A stretch of DNA of 64,000 nt from Felis catus (GCF_018350175.1 NC_058368.1:165976001-166040000), one strand, 5' to 3'; counted from the first letter of the stretch, positions 1 to 13,179 are shown. The notes: generated from the sequence alone by a model not told the origin. Translations and numbers: made by a program.

Positions 1-1377
1 AGTAACCTGTACAGCCCAGTTTTTGAGGATCCAAATCAGTCCAGAGTGAGCAGTGAATTCCCTGGTCAGCTGATGCCCCCAGTTGGCTCTGCTGATGAGC
101 TATACCCTCCGTTTAAGTGCCAGTGTACACAGGGCTACTAAATGGGCTATGCAGCTTCCCATGTACTCTGGTTAGGTTCTCTGCTCAGACAGGCTGAAAG
201 CTGTATTCAGTGATGATTAGGGCTACAAATTAGATTCGTGCCCAAGTACAGAGCAAGAAGCAGTTCTAAAGCCAGCAAAGCTCTTTGCTGTATTCATTCA
301 AGCTATCTGCACCCCAAGTTCCCTGACCACCAGGACCACTGTCTTTGTGCCTCAAACTATGCTCTGCCTTCCTCTCGGTTCAAGCACCACTGGGGCAGCA
401 CAGCTTCCAGAAGTTGTTGCCAGCCTTCCTGATCACATGGGGGCTTGAAGACACTCTCCAATGCAGGTGGGGCTATATCTCAGCAAACTTGCCTTGGTGG
501 GAGGGGTGCTTCAGACTACTCTCAATTTCCCAAACAGGGTCTCTAATTAGGACAGGCTGGAAGCTACCCTCCATCTTGGCTATGAATTAATTGCCCTGAT
601 TGTGAAAATCAGGAGAATACTCCACACTCCGTACTGGCTTTGTTCTGGGGGTGATTCATCACTGGTCTCCCAACTTTTAGCTCAAGCATTGCTGGGTCAC
701 ACTGTTTCCAGGATTTGCTGCCAGTCCTTCTGGTCAGATGGGGCTGGAAGACACTCTCCACAGTGGGCAGGACTGTTATTTAGCTCCTTGCCTGCGTGTG
801 GGCAAACTGAGCTCTAGGGCCAACAAAGCTCCTTGTTTGAGGATCTGTAATTCACCAAGTTCTTTGGTTGTTATGAGCCTCTGACTTGATTCTATAGATA
901 AGCAAAACCTCTGTTTGAGGTTACTACTTGGCCACTGCAGGTGTGAGTTTGGTCTGTCAAGATCCAGGTTGTGTTAGCACCTCTTCCCTTTTCTGTCATA
1001 ATCAGATTCTGAGTGGTTGAGCCCTATGGTGTGAGATCCCCATGGTGTGAAATCATAATAGGGACTCCCACAAAGTGACCCACAATTCTGGGTGGGCTGA
1101 CTGTCCCCCCCTAGGTTTTCATTTCTCACTGGAGGAAGACCTCTCCTGTGGTACCCTGCTGGCAGTGGGAGTGGCAATGCAGTCAATATGTAGCTACTTC
1201 TCTTATTCACCTAATGCAGTCTGTCTTTGTCTTTGTGGTATGGGGGATTGCTTCAGCCTCAGCTTCATGTCCTAGCATTCTCTCAGTGGTGCTTTGTTTT
1301 TAAATAGTTGTTAGTTGTTCATGCGTGAGACAGTAAAGTCAGGAATAAACTATGTCACCATCTTGATGATGTTTCCC
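1..1377 (-). mobile_element. Old L1 (L1M-type) 5' UTR, antisense, continuing off the left edge
   Basis: GC-richer than flanks; ends in ctatgtcaccatcttgatgatgtttccc (1350-1377), the reverse complement of the L1M 5'-start motif (..aagatggcg..tag); internal diverged repeats (gggcttgaagacactctcca ~441-460 vs gggctggaagacactctcca ~741-760) typical of L1 5' UTRs. Confidence 0.65.
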
Positions 1378-1552
1378 TGAGACTAGATCTTAAATGTTCT
1401 CATTGCAATAAAGAAATGGTACTATGTGACCCAATAGAGGTTTTAGCTAATACTATAGTGGTAATCATATCACAATATATAATGGTATCAATACAACAGA
1501 TTTTACACCTTAAGCACATGCAAAATTATATGTCAATTATGTCTCAAAAAAA
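1378..1552 (+). mobile_element. L1 3' terminal fragment (L1MA9/L1MB-like)
   Basis: gtagatcttaaatgttctca-like start, tacaccttaa...tatatgtcaattatgtctcaaaaaaa end, matching the L1M 3' UTR terminus. Confidence 0.8.
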
Positions 1553-1669
1553 GGAATCCCTGAGCCTTACAGTCAACTCCTATCAATTTACTTTTAATTA
1601 CTTCTTGAAGTAAGTATATGTTAATGACTCATTACTTCTAAATATAAATTATATTTACTCTTCACATAA

Positions 1670-2258
1670 AAGGTGAAGAAAAAAAGACAACAACTTGATC
1701 CAAAAATAAGACAAGTATCTTGGAAGATATGTCACCAAAGAAGATATACAGATGGCAAATAAACATATGAAAAGATGTTTCACATCATATGTCCTCAGTA
1801 AAATACAAATTAAAATAAAATGGTCTATTAGAATGGTCTATTAGACCACATCTATTAGAATGGTCAATATACAAAACACTGTGGACACCAAATGCTGGCA
1901 AGAATGTAGAACAATAGAACTCTCATTCGTGCTGGTGGGAATGCAAAATGGCACAGTCACTTTGGTAGACAGTTTGGTGGTTTCTTAGAAAACTAAACAC
2001 TTCTCACCATAAGATTCAGTGACCACCCTCCCTGGTATTTACCCAAAGGGGTTGAAAATTTATGTTCACACAAAACTTGTACAGATATTTATAGCAGTTT
2101 TATTCACAACTGTCAAAAGTTAGAAACAATGAAGATGCCCTCAGTAGGTGAATGGATAAACTATGGTATATCTGACAATGGGATATTATCAAGTGCTAAA
2201 AAGAAATGAACTATTAAGCCCTGAAAAGAAATGGAAGAATCTTAAATGCATGTTACAC
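1670..2258 (+). mobile_element. L1M (MC/MD-like) ORF2 end / 3' UTR fragment
   Basis: aaagaagatatacagatggcaaataaacatatgaaaagatg, ctggtgggaatgcaaaatgg and gtaggtgaatggataaa motifs. Confidence 0.85.
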
Positions 2259-2869
2259 AAATCAGAATAATATAGAAGAATATGGAAGGATATAAATTAA
2301 TCTTCACACTTTATAGGAATGATGTATGTTGGTGGTACATGGTAAAATATTTTATTATTGACTTTTATAATTAATTTAAAAACGATTTTTAGAATGATAA
2401 GAATTTTTAAAGGATGTATACTTCCCAATAATTAATACTACAAAAATAAATTAATAAAAGCAAATGAATCTGTATTAAAATAAAGTAAAATAAACCCATA
2501 GAAATCAAGGTTCAGAAATACAAAGCATGAAATCAAATAAGTATGAGCATTCATATCAACTTGTCTAGTATGACCAAATGATTTGAAATTCTGTATTATA
2601 TTCCAAGGCTTTACAACTTCAAGTTCAGTATTTTATACATACACAAACAGATACACACACACAAAATGAAAAATTAAATTCCAATTTTAGAAAGTTTTAT
2701 CAGGAAAATCCAAAATAAAGAAACTGGATTGAACAGAAATAGCAACTGAAAAGTAAGATTTTTTTGTGAAAAATGTCTGTGAGTGACTAATAAGGGTTAT
2801 CTGAATAGCACACAAGACATGTCGAAGAATATAAAAACATAGTAAGAAGCTCAGTGCCAAAATATATAA

Positions 2870-3190
2870 TGAAAAAAAATTAGCAGAAACTGTATAATTG
2901 TGGAGACTTTTCCTACTCTTTGTCAGAGCATAAATAAATAAATATAAAGGATTTGTTTAATACACAATTTTTTCAGCGGATCCATGTGAAAGACTTGTCC
3001 TACAATGTGAGAAATTTTATTTCCAACTAAATATCTTTGGGGAATTCATATGTCTCTTACAATTTAGGTCACAAAAATTTTTAATAAATTGCAAAAATTA
3101 AGCATTTAAGAAACACCTTCAAGCCTCAATGTGAAAAACTAGAAAATCATAATCAAAGGACCCACAATAAAACCACTAACTTTGAAACAG
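2870..3190 (+). mobile_element. Highly decayed L1 ORF2 endonuclease-region fragment
   Basis: ataattgtggagacttt (I-V-G-D-F-like), ttaggtcacaaaaa and aaaactagaaaatcataatc motifs. Confidence 0.5.
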
Positions 3191-3469
3191 ATAAGTAAAA
3201 GACTTACTTATTTGCTTTGAATGAGTTCCTATAATTTGGATCAGTTGCTTTAATTATCATAATTTTCAAAGTGTTGTGCTTGCAGAATTGACACTCTTGT
3301 AGGTACAAGAAAAGATCTATAATTTTGTAAAAGAAAGATTCAACCTAAATAATGAGAAAAATTATTTTACTGCAGAAAAATAAAAGTTGTAAAATCATAA
3401 GTACAGTTCTGGTCTGTGAATTTGTCACACAGAAGACTGGTGGAGCCCAAAGCTGAATGAGAGCCTTTT

Positions 3470-3628
3470 TGTGTGAATCTTTGTTCACTACTTCCTAGTT
3501 CTGTGACCTGGGCCAATTTACTCTTCTGTCACATAAAGATATTAATGATACTTGCCTCTTAAGGTTATTTTGAATATTAAATGAGATAAGATGTATAAAA
3601 TGCTTACAGTGTTTTGGGGCCCATATTA
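3470..3628 (+). mobile_element. MIR SINE relic
   Basis: ctagttctgtgacctgggc...ggttattttgaatattaaatgagataagatgtataaaatgctta MIR core/3' motifs. Confidence 0.75.
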
Positions 3629-4072
3629 TCTTATTTGGTTAATTCCTGCCAAATCAATTAACAGCAAATTTAGTAGTATTATAACCTTGCGCTCATCTAC
3701 GCAGTTGGAATCTTATTTGGAAATGCAGTATCCCAACAATTTTGAAGCTGTGTCAGTTAGATGATGGCACATTAAACACTGCCAAAAAGTCTCTATTTCT
3801 AAGATAGCCAGAGTTACTGTGGTTTATTTTATGTCTGAATCAAAATTTTTTTTTCTCATTTTCTTGGTTCTGGGCACTACCCAGTATACTGTCCATAACA
3901 TGATAGTTTTTTTTATTAATTTTTAAATTATTCGATAAATTGTGAGTCAGATTTTATTGATCAAAATCAAAGAATCCTAATCAGCATCAAAGTTGGTACC
4001 AGACTGGGTTTTGACAAGATTTACTTAAGAAAAGTGCAGTATTCAGAATTGGTTATTAAGAAACAATAAAAA

Positions 4073-4281
4073 GGGGTACCTGGGTGGCTCAGTCGGTTAA
4101 GCATCCAACTTCAGCTCAGGTCATGATCTCACAGTCTGTGAGTTTGAGATCCACATCTGGCTCTGAGCTGAATCTGAGCCTGCTTCAGATTCTGTGTCTC
4201 CCTCTCTCTCTGCCCCTTCCCTGCTCATGCTCTGTCTCTCTCTGTCTCAAAAATAAATAAAAACATTTAAAAAAAATTAGA
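4073..4281 (+). mobile_element. Can-SINE (felid SINEC)
   Basis: ggggtacctgggtggctcagtcggttaag tRNA-like head, CT-rich region, A-rich tail; TSD AAGAAACAATAAAA (4058-4071 / 4282-4295). Confidence 0.95.
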
Positions 4282-6135
4282 AAGAAACAATAAAAGACAT
4301 GGAATGGGAAGTCTTTAGTCATAGGTATATAATGGTAAAATAGGTCATGAAATCATGTAAGCAAATTGATAGTAAAACTCACAGCGACTAGATACTTGTT
4401 CCTCCACCAATTTAACACAAACGCTGTCATTTGGGGCTGATAACACTGACACCATCCATTAGGTTGGATAATTTAGTGCACCAGACCCTGGATAAGTTAA
4501 GGTGACAAATTCAAATCCCTGAGACATAACCTAGACATTGCCCCAAGACATAACCATACTGAAATAAATTATTTTATGGTAGTGCTGATAGAATTGGGAA
4601 TACAAACATTCAGATATAGACACAGACACAGACATAGACATAGCTTGTTGCCAAAGTGGCCTACGTATTTGATATACAACTTCATCCTATCTCTACCGGG
4701 AAAATTACTGGACTCTAATAATTGTAATAATAACATTAGGAACTTTGGAGGACTATGGCATAAGAATAACTAAACTTACTTGAAACACTACCCATTGCAT
4801 TTCTCTTCTTGCAGAAGCCACTCTTTTTTCATAAAAGAAAGTTCACCCCCCACCCTGAATCTTTACTCTTTGTTCTTAGGTAGGAGGCAAAATTTAAGTT
4901 CAGCCATCACTGATGGTGGAAGGTTGGGGGAAATGCAGTAAGTTTAGGGAACAGAAAGAGTATACCAGAAAAAAAAAAAAAGGTCAAAGTTGGCTACCTA
5001 GCATTTCAAAAGCCTGGAGAATATTTGAAGAAACAGACTTTTGAAAGCGCCCAAGAATGTATAATCAACCAAAAGCTTGATCCAAACTGACTGTATTGAC
5101 ACTGGAGCACTCTGCAGACATTCAGGCAGCTGCCTTAGGTTCTAATAGATTTGAAGGTTGGATAATACAAAAAAGAACAGGACTGTAAGTAATCCTAGTT
5201 AAGTGCCATCCAATAGGAGAGATCTCTTGGTCTAAAAGAATAGAATGCAAAGATTTTGGGAGACAAGGGGGCTGAATTAGGTCATTATGAGTTTTCCACC
5301 TATCCATTCCTCTTCAAGTCTCCTGACAGGTACTCCTACAGCACTTTCCTCTCTTTCTTTCCCTGAGATCCACTATAGTCAGGGAAGTGGCAAAATCTAA
5401 ATAAACTATGCCAAATTGGTAATTTGCTTGAGGATTGGAAGGCCAGGAGAGGACAAGAATTGAATGTGGTTTCCTTACATCAGCAGGGGGAAGAAATGCC
5501 CACTGAGGCTGAGCACAGGAGGTACTGGTTAATTACAAGACAAAGTATATAACAGGAAATGGAGGTGAGGGGCAGGCATGGGGAAACAGGATCATTGGGA
5601 ACGGTCTGATTCCTGGAGCTCTCTTAGTAGTTAATTACGAAATTACCAGAAATAAAACCACTAAGAAATGCATGGACATCTTAAGTGATTTGTATAACCA
5701 AAAAACAAAAGACCAGATAACAATAAAAACATACAAACTACAGATATGGATAACGAGATGTCTGAATGACAGCCCTAAGCCAAAAACAGCCTTTCCCCTT
5801 CTTTAGTTTGACCTGAGTTATTTCATAGTCTGAGTTCTTCAATGAATAGTATTCCTGATTCCTTTAAGAAGGATCTATAAAGAAGCCAGAAGCATGTACA
5901 GTGAAACTTCACCTTCATTCCATCACTAAATTACGCTTATGATCACTTATTTAAATAACTCTAGACTTTAGGACTGTGAACACCTCAGGCTCTGTGAGAT
6001 GATCGCACACTGGTTCTGAACTGATTCACATGTCTGAAGTTCTGAAGAAGTTATCATATTATTTCTCATAAAAGAAAGATGTTTAAACTAAATTTGTAAT
6101 TTGAAAATTGAATTGCACTTTATTATTGCTGGTAT

Positions 6136-6511
6136 TGAGACAGGAGACAGACTGACCTTCGGTAGACAGGCATAAATGACCTCTTGTTAACAACAATGGA
6201 GCAGAAAGTACTAGGCCTTCTAAAATACCCACTCCCCGGAACAAACCACCCTGGACCATATCCTGATTCAGTAGCTGAACAGTAACGCCCCCTCAAAAGG
6301 TCCCACCACTGTAATCCATATAAGCCTCCTTCTCAGACACCTTAGTGACCTCCTCCTTAAGGAGCCCCTCCCGGGTAGTGGGAGTTTTTTTTTCTTTTGT
6401 TTCATTTTTGCCCTAATAAATGTGGTGCCTGTGCTGCCCTTAACCTTGTTTATTGGTTCCATTCTTCGCCTCTGTCAGAACAAAATCCCGGGTTGTAAAA
6501 AAGCGGTTACA
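6136..6511 (+). mobile_element. Solo LTR, ERV1 (class I)-type, 376 bp
   Basis: TG...CA termini, exact 4-bp TSD GTAT (6132-6135 / 6512-6515), TATAA at 6319-6323, AATAAA at 6415-6420, several CpGs retained. Confidence 0.9.
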
Positions 6512-6782
6512 GTATCATCTTGAAATGTGTTCCAAAATAATAGGAAGCATGTTCACATACAAGTTAACAAAATATTTTTCAAGCCACCCAATGTACGAAC
6601 TTTTCAGTTATATGTCTTTTCATTTAAGCTAGCTGCATAAAAAATACATCATGAAAAATTACAAATTTAGCATTTCTCTATTTCTTCTGAAAACTGAAAG
6701 ATAATGTGAGGTTGAAGGCAAAGGTGTAATCAATGGCATCAAGAGGCACAATGAGTGACTCAATAAGATGTTTTTGGATAAA

Positions 6783-7330
6783 TCTATTCAACATATATTT
6801 GTTGAAAGCCTACTAAATGTTAGGTGTACTCTAGGTGTTTAGAATATTTTAGGGAACAAAATAAGCAACACAAAAGCCCTTTATATTCAAGAAAGAGACC
6901 TTTTAGTTAAGAGACACGGACAACATATTATATATTGTATTGCACTGAAAAGCATTAAATGTTATGGAGGAAAAAAAATTACATAGTAGAGGGGGGAAAG
7001 TTGCAATAATAAAATGTTTACAAGGTTAAATAGGAGATCACCCAAGATGTGTCATCTCAGCAAAGATTTGAAGAATATGAGATAGTAAGTGCTGCAGATA
7101 TTCGTGGAAGGAACAATCCGGGTAAAGAGAATGACAAGAGCAAATATCCTGCGCCAGGGCACAGCAAGGAGGCTAGTAAAGACACTGAGTAGCATGAGAT
7201 AAGAAGCACAACAGAGGGATGTGCTCAAATGGAAGTAAACATATTTATTGTAAAATAACCTTTGCAGGGATTTTCTCTCAGTTAAGATAAACATTTGATC
7301 AGAATTTAACAAAAAAAAATTGTGGCTATA
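6783..7330 (-). mobile_element. L2 LINE 3' relic
   Basis: attcaacatatatttgttgaaagcctacta (antisense L2 3' end) followed by purine-rich gagcaaagatttgaag-like L2 sequence. Confidence 0.7.
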
Positions 7331-8231
7331 GAAATTATAGCTAAAAAACCCATATGTATATACATGTGTCTGTGTATGTGTTTATATGCTTCTAACTCCC
7401 ATTACCATGCTGTCAGAAGGAAGATACATTTTTATTTACTTATCAAAAAAGTAGCATATATTCACCACTTCATATTGGCACGCTGAGTAGCAAAGACCAA
7501 TATATTTATAGAAATGTCACAATTTAAAAAATACCCTAGTCTGTTTTCTGTCACAAGCTTAAAGCAAATTGGTAACAATACCATTCTATAGAAAATTAAG
7601 TTGTTTCAAAGAACAAGGTACAAATGACACCTTGGTGTTCGATTGTTACTTGTGGTACAGTGACACTGACCATAAGTAATTCTTTCCAACAGAGGTAAAA
7701 TCGCTTAAATAGGTCCACATAATAGGTATATATAAACAGACTTTTTAAAAGCATAAATATATAGATGTAAATCAAAACCATGATATAAGGCAGGAAAATT
7801 TTAATTGGGTTTGGTGGGTAGGAAAGTATCTGAGTTATAGTAAGGATCTAGAGGAATTCAATAAGCTAGGGAAAAATAAGTGTATCAATGCTGAGAAAGA
7901 TTATGATAAAATAAAAAGCGATTTCCAGAAGAACTCACCTTTGACAAAACTGACAATTCAGCCTTTTTTTGACATCATGTGATAAGAATCATTGTGAGAA
8001 AAGAATGATTCTGATCAAAACTTCTAAAAAGCCAAGAGGAAGCATGATATCTCTAGATTTCTGCTAGTCAGGTTACCACCCTAATGTACTATGAGGTTAC
8101 AGCAAATTTAGAATACAATAATTTTAAATTAATTATTACATAAGAGGTTAAAAACAGATTTGATACAAAAATTCCCAACATATACTTGAATTCTGGCCTC
8201 TAGAAACCACATGAAACCTGTATGTAAAATC

Positions 8232-8238
8232 ACATGTG

Positions 8239-8278
<40 letters not shown>

Positions 8279-8387
8279 TACAACCAACCACACAAATATC
8301 ACCGTAAAGTGCACCCTCTCTTCCTCCTTCTTTCCTTTCTCCTCCCTCCCTCCCTTCCTTCCTTTCCTTTCCTCCTTTGCTTTTTTA
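8232..8387. repeat. (CA)n microsatellite followed by (CCTT)/CT-rich low-complexity tract
   Basis: Direct reading. Confidence 0.9.
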
Positions 8388-8956
8388 AATTTGACTTCAA
8401 TTAATACACCATAGGCTTAAAATCTGGCAAAACTGGAGAGTGGCTTTTATAGTAGTCACTAAAGAAAGATACTCAAAATACATTTTCTCAAATTATCTTA
8501 GCTGTATTTACTAAAAATAAAGTAGTAGTTTTGTTTGTTTGTTTCAGGAGTTTTATCTGACACATCAGTAACAACTTTTATTAAAACACTAGATGGACTT
8601 CATAGGCAACAATCTAATTAAATGCCTTTTGTCCCTTTCTGCCCCAAGCAGGTATCACCATGTGCATTTTCCTCATGCTCCATAGTATACCCAAAACAGT
8701 ATATTGAGTAGGGGAAAAAAAAAGGAAAAACATAAAACAAAATCTAAAACAGAACCTAAGAGACAATTTCGCACATCTGTTCCTGCGGGTGTTCTTTCAT
8801 TCTTTCTCATTTATAATTAATGAAAAATAATGGTGCTGACACAAGTTAATTACTATGAAAAATTACAGTTTATGCTATTCATTATAATAATGGCAAATTA
8901 CTCGAGATTTTCAAACACTGTTCCTAAGCAATTAGAAGTGTTCATAAGGAGTTCAC

Positions 8957-9068
8957 CTGTGAAATTTTTTCATCTGCGTTTGCATTCTGTGAAGTGAAGG
9001 AACACCCAATGTTTTTCATTAGCAGCAGAGATAACACAGCAAGAGATATTAATCATAGAGTCCTATAC
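8957..9068 (-). other. Candidate exon or pseudo-exon (112 nt)
   Basis: Acceptor tgttttcccag and donor CAG|gtgaac; stops in all three frames; one frame reads YRTL*LISLAVLSLLLMKNIGCSFTSQNANADEKISQ. Confidence 0.3.
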
Positions 9069-9772
9069 CTGGGAAAACATTTAAAACAAATTGGGATTGT
9101 GTAGTTGAAGCAGAGGTCAAAACAATACACAGAGATATTTATTGCAACCAAACTTTTCTTAACGGATTCAAAGGGACTATTAAATCTGTTCCATTTAGTA
9201 ACAATTTGGTATAACTAATTAGAATTACTATCTTGTCCTAGTTTACCAAAAATATTAAATTACTGATTTTAAAATTAGAATTAATATCTATCTAATTAGC
9301 ACATGCAAATTAGGAGATTGTCCCTTCTCGAACTTGCTTTTCTTATAGACCTATAAATTGTAACACTAATGCAATAGTCCTCAGGTTATTAAGAATAACT
9401 TATGACCAAAAAATACTAATTAGGCCTAATATGCCTGTGTAAATGAGCTAAGTGAAAAACATCACTGTGAAATATTTGGTCTGCTGTAGTTTCAATAGTA
9501 ACCTAAACAGGGAAAAGCTAGTTTTGTCTTATTTAGCTTAATGACAAAGTTGCTGTACATATATGCCATATTTTGTTTCATTTTTTATTCATTCAAGGTA
9601 ATACAGAAAAAAATTAAAAAATTCAAACACTGACAAATGCTCTACATTATTTTTAATAATTTCAATTAAATTATATTTTAGGAATACATTAAGAATAGAC
9701 CAGTTGCTAAGGGTAAAGACAAATATTAAGCTCTTTTGAAGAGACAAAAAACATAAAAATGTATAAATACTT

Positions 9773-10004
9773 GGGGCCCCTGGGTGGCTCAGTTGGTTGA
9801 GCATCCGACTTCGGCTCAGGTCATGATCTCACAGTTCGTGAGTTCAAGCCCCGCGTCGGGTTCTGTGCTGACAGCTCAGAGCCTGGAGCTGTTTCAGATT
9901 CTGTGTCTCCCTCTCTCTCTTCCCCTCCCCCACTCATGCTCACTCGCTCACTCTCTCTCTCTCTCTCTGCAAAAATAAATAAACTTTAAAAAAAGAAAAA
10001 ATTC
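9773..10004 (+). mobile_element. Can-SINE (felid SINEC)
   Basis: Typical head, (CT)n and tail; TSD AAAAATGTATAAATA on both sides. Confidence 0.95.
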
Positions 10005-10170
10005 AAAAAATGTATAAATATTATTAATTACTATGCAGTAATTGCTGTTGAAATTAGTTTTGATAAAATTATTTAAATATATTCAAAACTCTATGCTGTA
10101 CCTTTTATCCTCCTGATTTTTTCATTCCATCACTGGAAGTGTGTATATCCAACTCTCCTTTACCCATAAA

Positions 10171-10359
10171 AGGTACAGCATGGGAGTATAGTCAATAATA
10201 TTATAATAACATTGTAGGGTGACAGATGGTAGCTATACTTGTGGTGAGCATAGTGTAACTTACAGAGTTGTCAAATCACTATGTTGTACACCCGAAACTA
10301 ATGTAACATTGTGTGTCAACAACTATACTTGAATTAAAAAAATAAAAACTAATAAATAA
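10171..10359 (+). mobile_element. Carnivore L1 3' end fragment
   Basis: ggtgacagatggtagcta...tcactatgttgtacacccgaaactaatgtaacattgtgtgtcaac plus A-rich tail. Confidence 0.85.
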
Positions 10360-11050
10360 GATCTTCAAAATGCTTTTAAAGTTTCATCTGTAATATTTTT
10401 CTCCATAGCCCAGTATATTGTCAATGAAGGAATTACAAATATAAAATTATGTTGTAGATCTTGAGTCAATACCATGTAACACCTCCCCTCCTACAAAATA
10501 TTAACTGCCATACTTTAGATGATATTATCATTTTTCTAATGACATGTAAAAAATTTCAAATCAATGAAGAAAATTGGGTGCGTGTAAAGAAAATAAATGT
10601 ACAAGAAAATAAATGTCTTTACTTAGTACATCTTATAATCTTAGCATAACTGATTAGAGAATCTGAATTTGTAATTTTTCTAAGCAAAAAAAGAAAGTTG
10701 GTTGATTCGTACAACTGTATTGAATACATTTTTGTTTCTGCTTTCAAATACATTTATTGTAGGTGGTAAAGCTAAGGCATCAGCACTATTTCTTTCTCTG
10801 CTATGGTTAGGCTGCTTATCTTTGGATGTGTTCCATTCTCATCAGGGTCTTTCCTTGTGGTTACCATGAAGAACACTAACAACTGCAATGTGCATAACCC
10901 CTAAGATTTCTAAAGCTGGTGGATTGGTGGTGTCAGAATAAAAAGGAATAAAAACTCCTGCCATTTGCAAAAGCAACATGAAATTGAAATGGATTTACAA
11001 ATTGTGTTTGACATCTAATTTCAACTTCATAAATACGTAAGACTAATTTT

Positions 11051-11219
11051 GGGGGTGCCTGGGTGGCTCATTTGGTTGAGCATCTGACCTTGACTCAGGA
11101 CATGACCTCATGGTTCATGAGTTTGGGCCCCACATTGGCTCGCTGTTGTCAGTGCAGAGCCTGCTTCGGATCCTCAGTCCCTCTCTTTCTCTGCCCCTCC
11201 CCCACTTATGTGTGTGCTT

Positions 11220-11260
<41 letters not shown>

Positions 11261-11280
11261 AATAAATAACATTTTTCTTA
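11051..11280 (+). mobile_element. Can-SINE, first of tandem pair
   Basis: gggggtgcctgggtggctca head, long (CT)n, tail; flanked by AAGACT(G)AATTTT. Confidence 0.95.
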
Positions 11281-11295
11281 AAAGACTGAATTTTA

Positions 11296-11515
11296 GGGGC
11301 GCCTGGGTGGCTCAGTTGGTTAAGTGTCCGACTTCGGCTCAGGTCATGATCTCACGGTCTGTGAGTTCGAGTCCCGCGTTAGGCTCTGTGCTGACAGCTC
11401 AGAGCCTGGACCCAGCTTCAGATTCTGTGTCCCCCTCTCCCTCGGCTCCTCCCCTCCTCACACTCTGTCTTTCTCTAAAAATAAATTAAGATTAAAATAA
11501 ATAAATAAAAATAAA
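11296..11515 (+). mobile_element. Can-SINE, second of tandem pair
   Basis: ggggcgcctgggtggctcagttggttaag head; flanked by AAGACT(G/A)AATTTT. Confidence 0.95.
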
Positions 11516-13179
11516 AAGACTAAATTTTTTATCTTTTATCAATTAGTTGGCTATAAATCGATATTTTTTGGTATAATACAAAGAAAATAATGAATTCTAA
11601 GTGCCATTTTGCCTCCTATGTTAGGTGTATTATGACCAACATATTGTTTTGTACATATACCAGAATATGATATAGAAAATGTCCTATTACTGAAGACATA
11701 ACTGATAATTAGACATGTTAAATAAATTGCCTGGGATCAAACAGTGGCAAGCAACTAACCCAGGAATCACACACAGATTTACCATATTACAAATCTATTT
11801 TATAATATGTTTCTAGTTCCCATTTTGAATAAGCTATATTTAAATAGAATAAGTAGCAAATCGTTTTGCTAAGGAGGATAATTACATTCCTTTTATTAAG
11901 AGAGTCTTAAGTCTTTCTTTCCTAAGATCGTAAGATTATATGCAGATAACTGAAAGTTTTGAATATTTTTGTCTTATATTTCACGTTCTACTTATTTTTA
12001 GAGATTTCAGAAAAAAAATCTGGTGGTGTGTAATGGAAAGTCTGTGTACAAAAGGGGGCTTTATAATTTGATAGTTCAGAGATTGAGGTTATTATATATA
12101 TTTAATACTATTTACAGACTTTGTTTTATATGGCTAATTATCACTCAAGTGAACCAAATTAAATATTTTAATTTTGTGAAGCCATTATGGAATTATAAAT
12201 TAAAAACTGGATTTTGAAACCAAGGACAACTGTCAAGTCATCTGAACATTTCATAAAAGTTTACATTATGAACTCTGTATTAATGAATTCATTTCTATAT
12301 AGGATATCCTCTTTCATAAAATGTTTTTCCTTCTTTGTGTAAGAATTCATGGGTTCAACAATATGAAAAGTAATCATGTAACATATACTTGTATCAATTC
12401 TTTCAAAACTCTTTCAATATATACATGTGATAGAATATAAGAGGCAAATTAAGTATACAAAATGTTAAAACTCACCTAGAAACCTTATGAATCAAACCCT
12501 AGAAACTCAGATGTGAAAAATTTTGTAATACATAATTTTCTTTAAATGAAAATAAATCTGAATCCGGGCAACTGCTCCACTGTGTTGATACAACATTTTG
12601 TTTTAGTACTTGGGAATGTCCTCAAGGATCTGGGAGGAGAGGTAGTTATGCAATTATCAATAATTAGGAAAAAGGTTCGGAGTCTCCAATCTATAATGGT
12701 CAGTCTTGTGGAATCATTGTTGAAGTCCACATGGCTGCTGAAAGTGGCACTTCTAATTCTCTGGAAAATATGAGCCTGGGGATGTTTCCGGGGGAGGGGG
12801 GAGGTGGGGGCGCTAGGCAACTCTGTATTTGGTAGAAGGGTTGGGTCCCAGAGGACAGAGACCTACTTTCACTCACCAAGTCATTAGCCATTGTGCTTGA
12901 CTGCATCATTGAGGAAAGAGTCCCTATTCTAATGCAAAATTAGGTGCTGTGGGTGTGGGCAGCAGTCCTGGTACAAACTCCCTAAGTGTACCACTCAAAT
13001 GTTTAGCCGAAGTTCCTGTATTTGTCCAAATAGCCATTATGAATCATAATATAGGGCTCTGCTTCCTGAAGAGCCTGAAGATGTCTGCTTTCAGTCTTCT
13101 GAAGCATCCATCCACTCTTTTTCAGAAGCTTCCATAATGCCCCTTTCTCACAATATATTCTCCTCAGAGGTGATTTGTT

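Noticed and set aside
12878..12990. KSLAIVLD resemblance to a retroviral Env immunosuppressive domain
   Set aside because: Match does not extend (no NR..LD or CX6CC in frame); stop follows.
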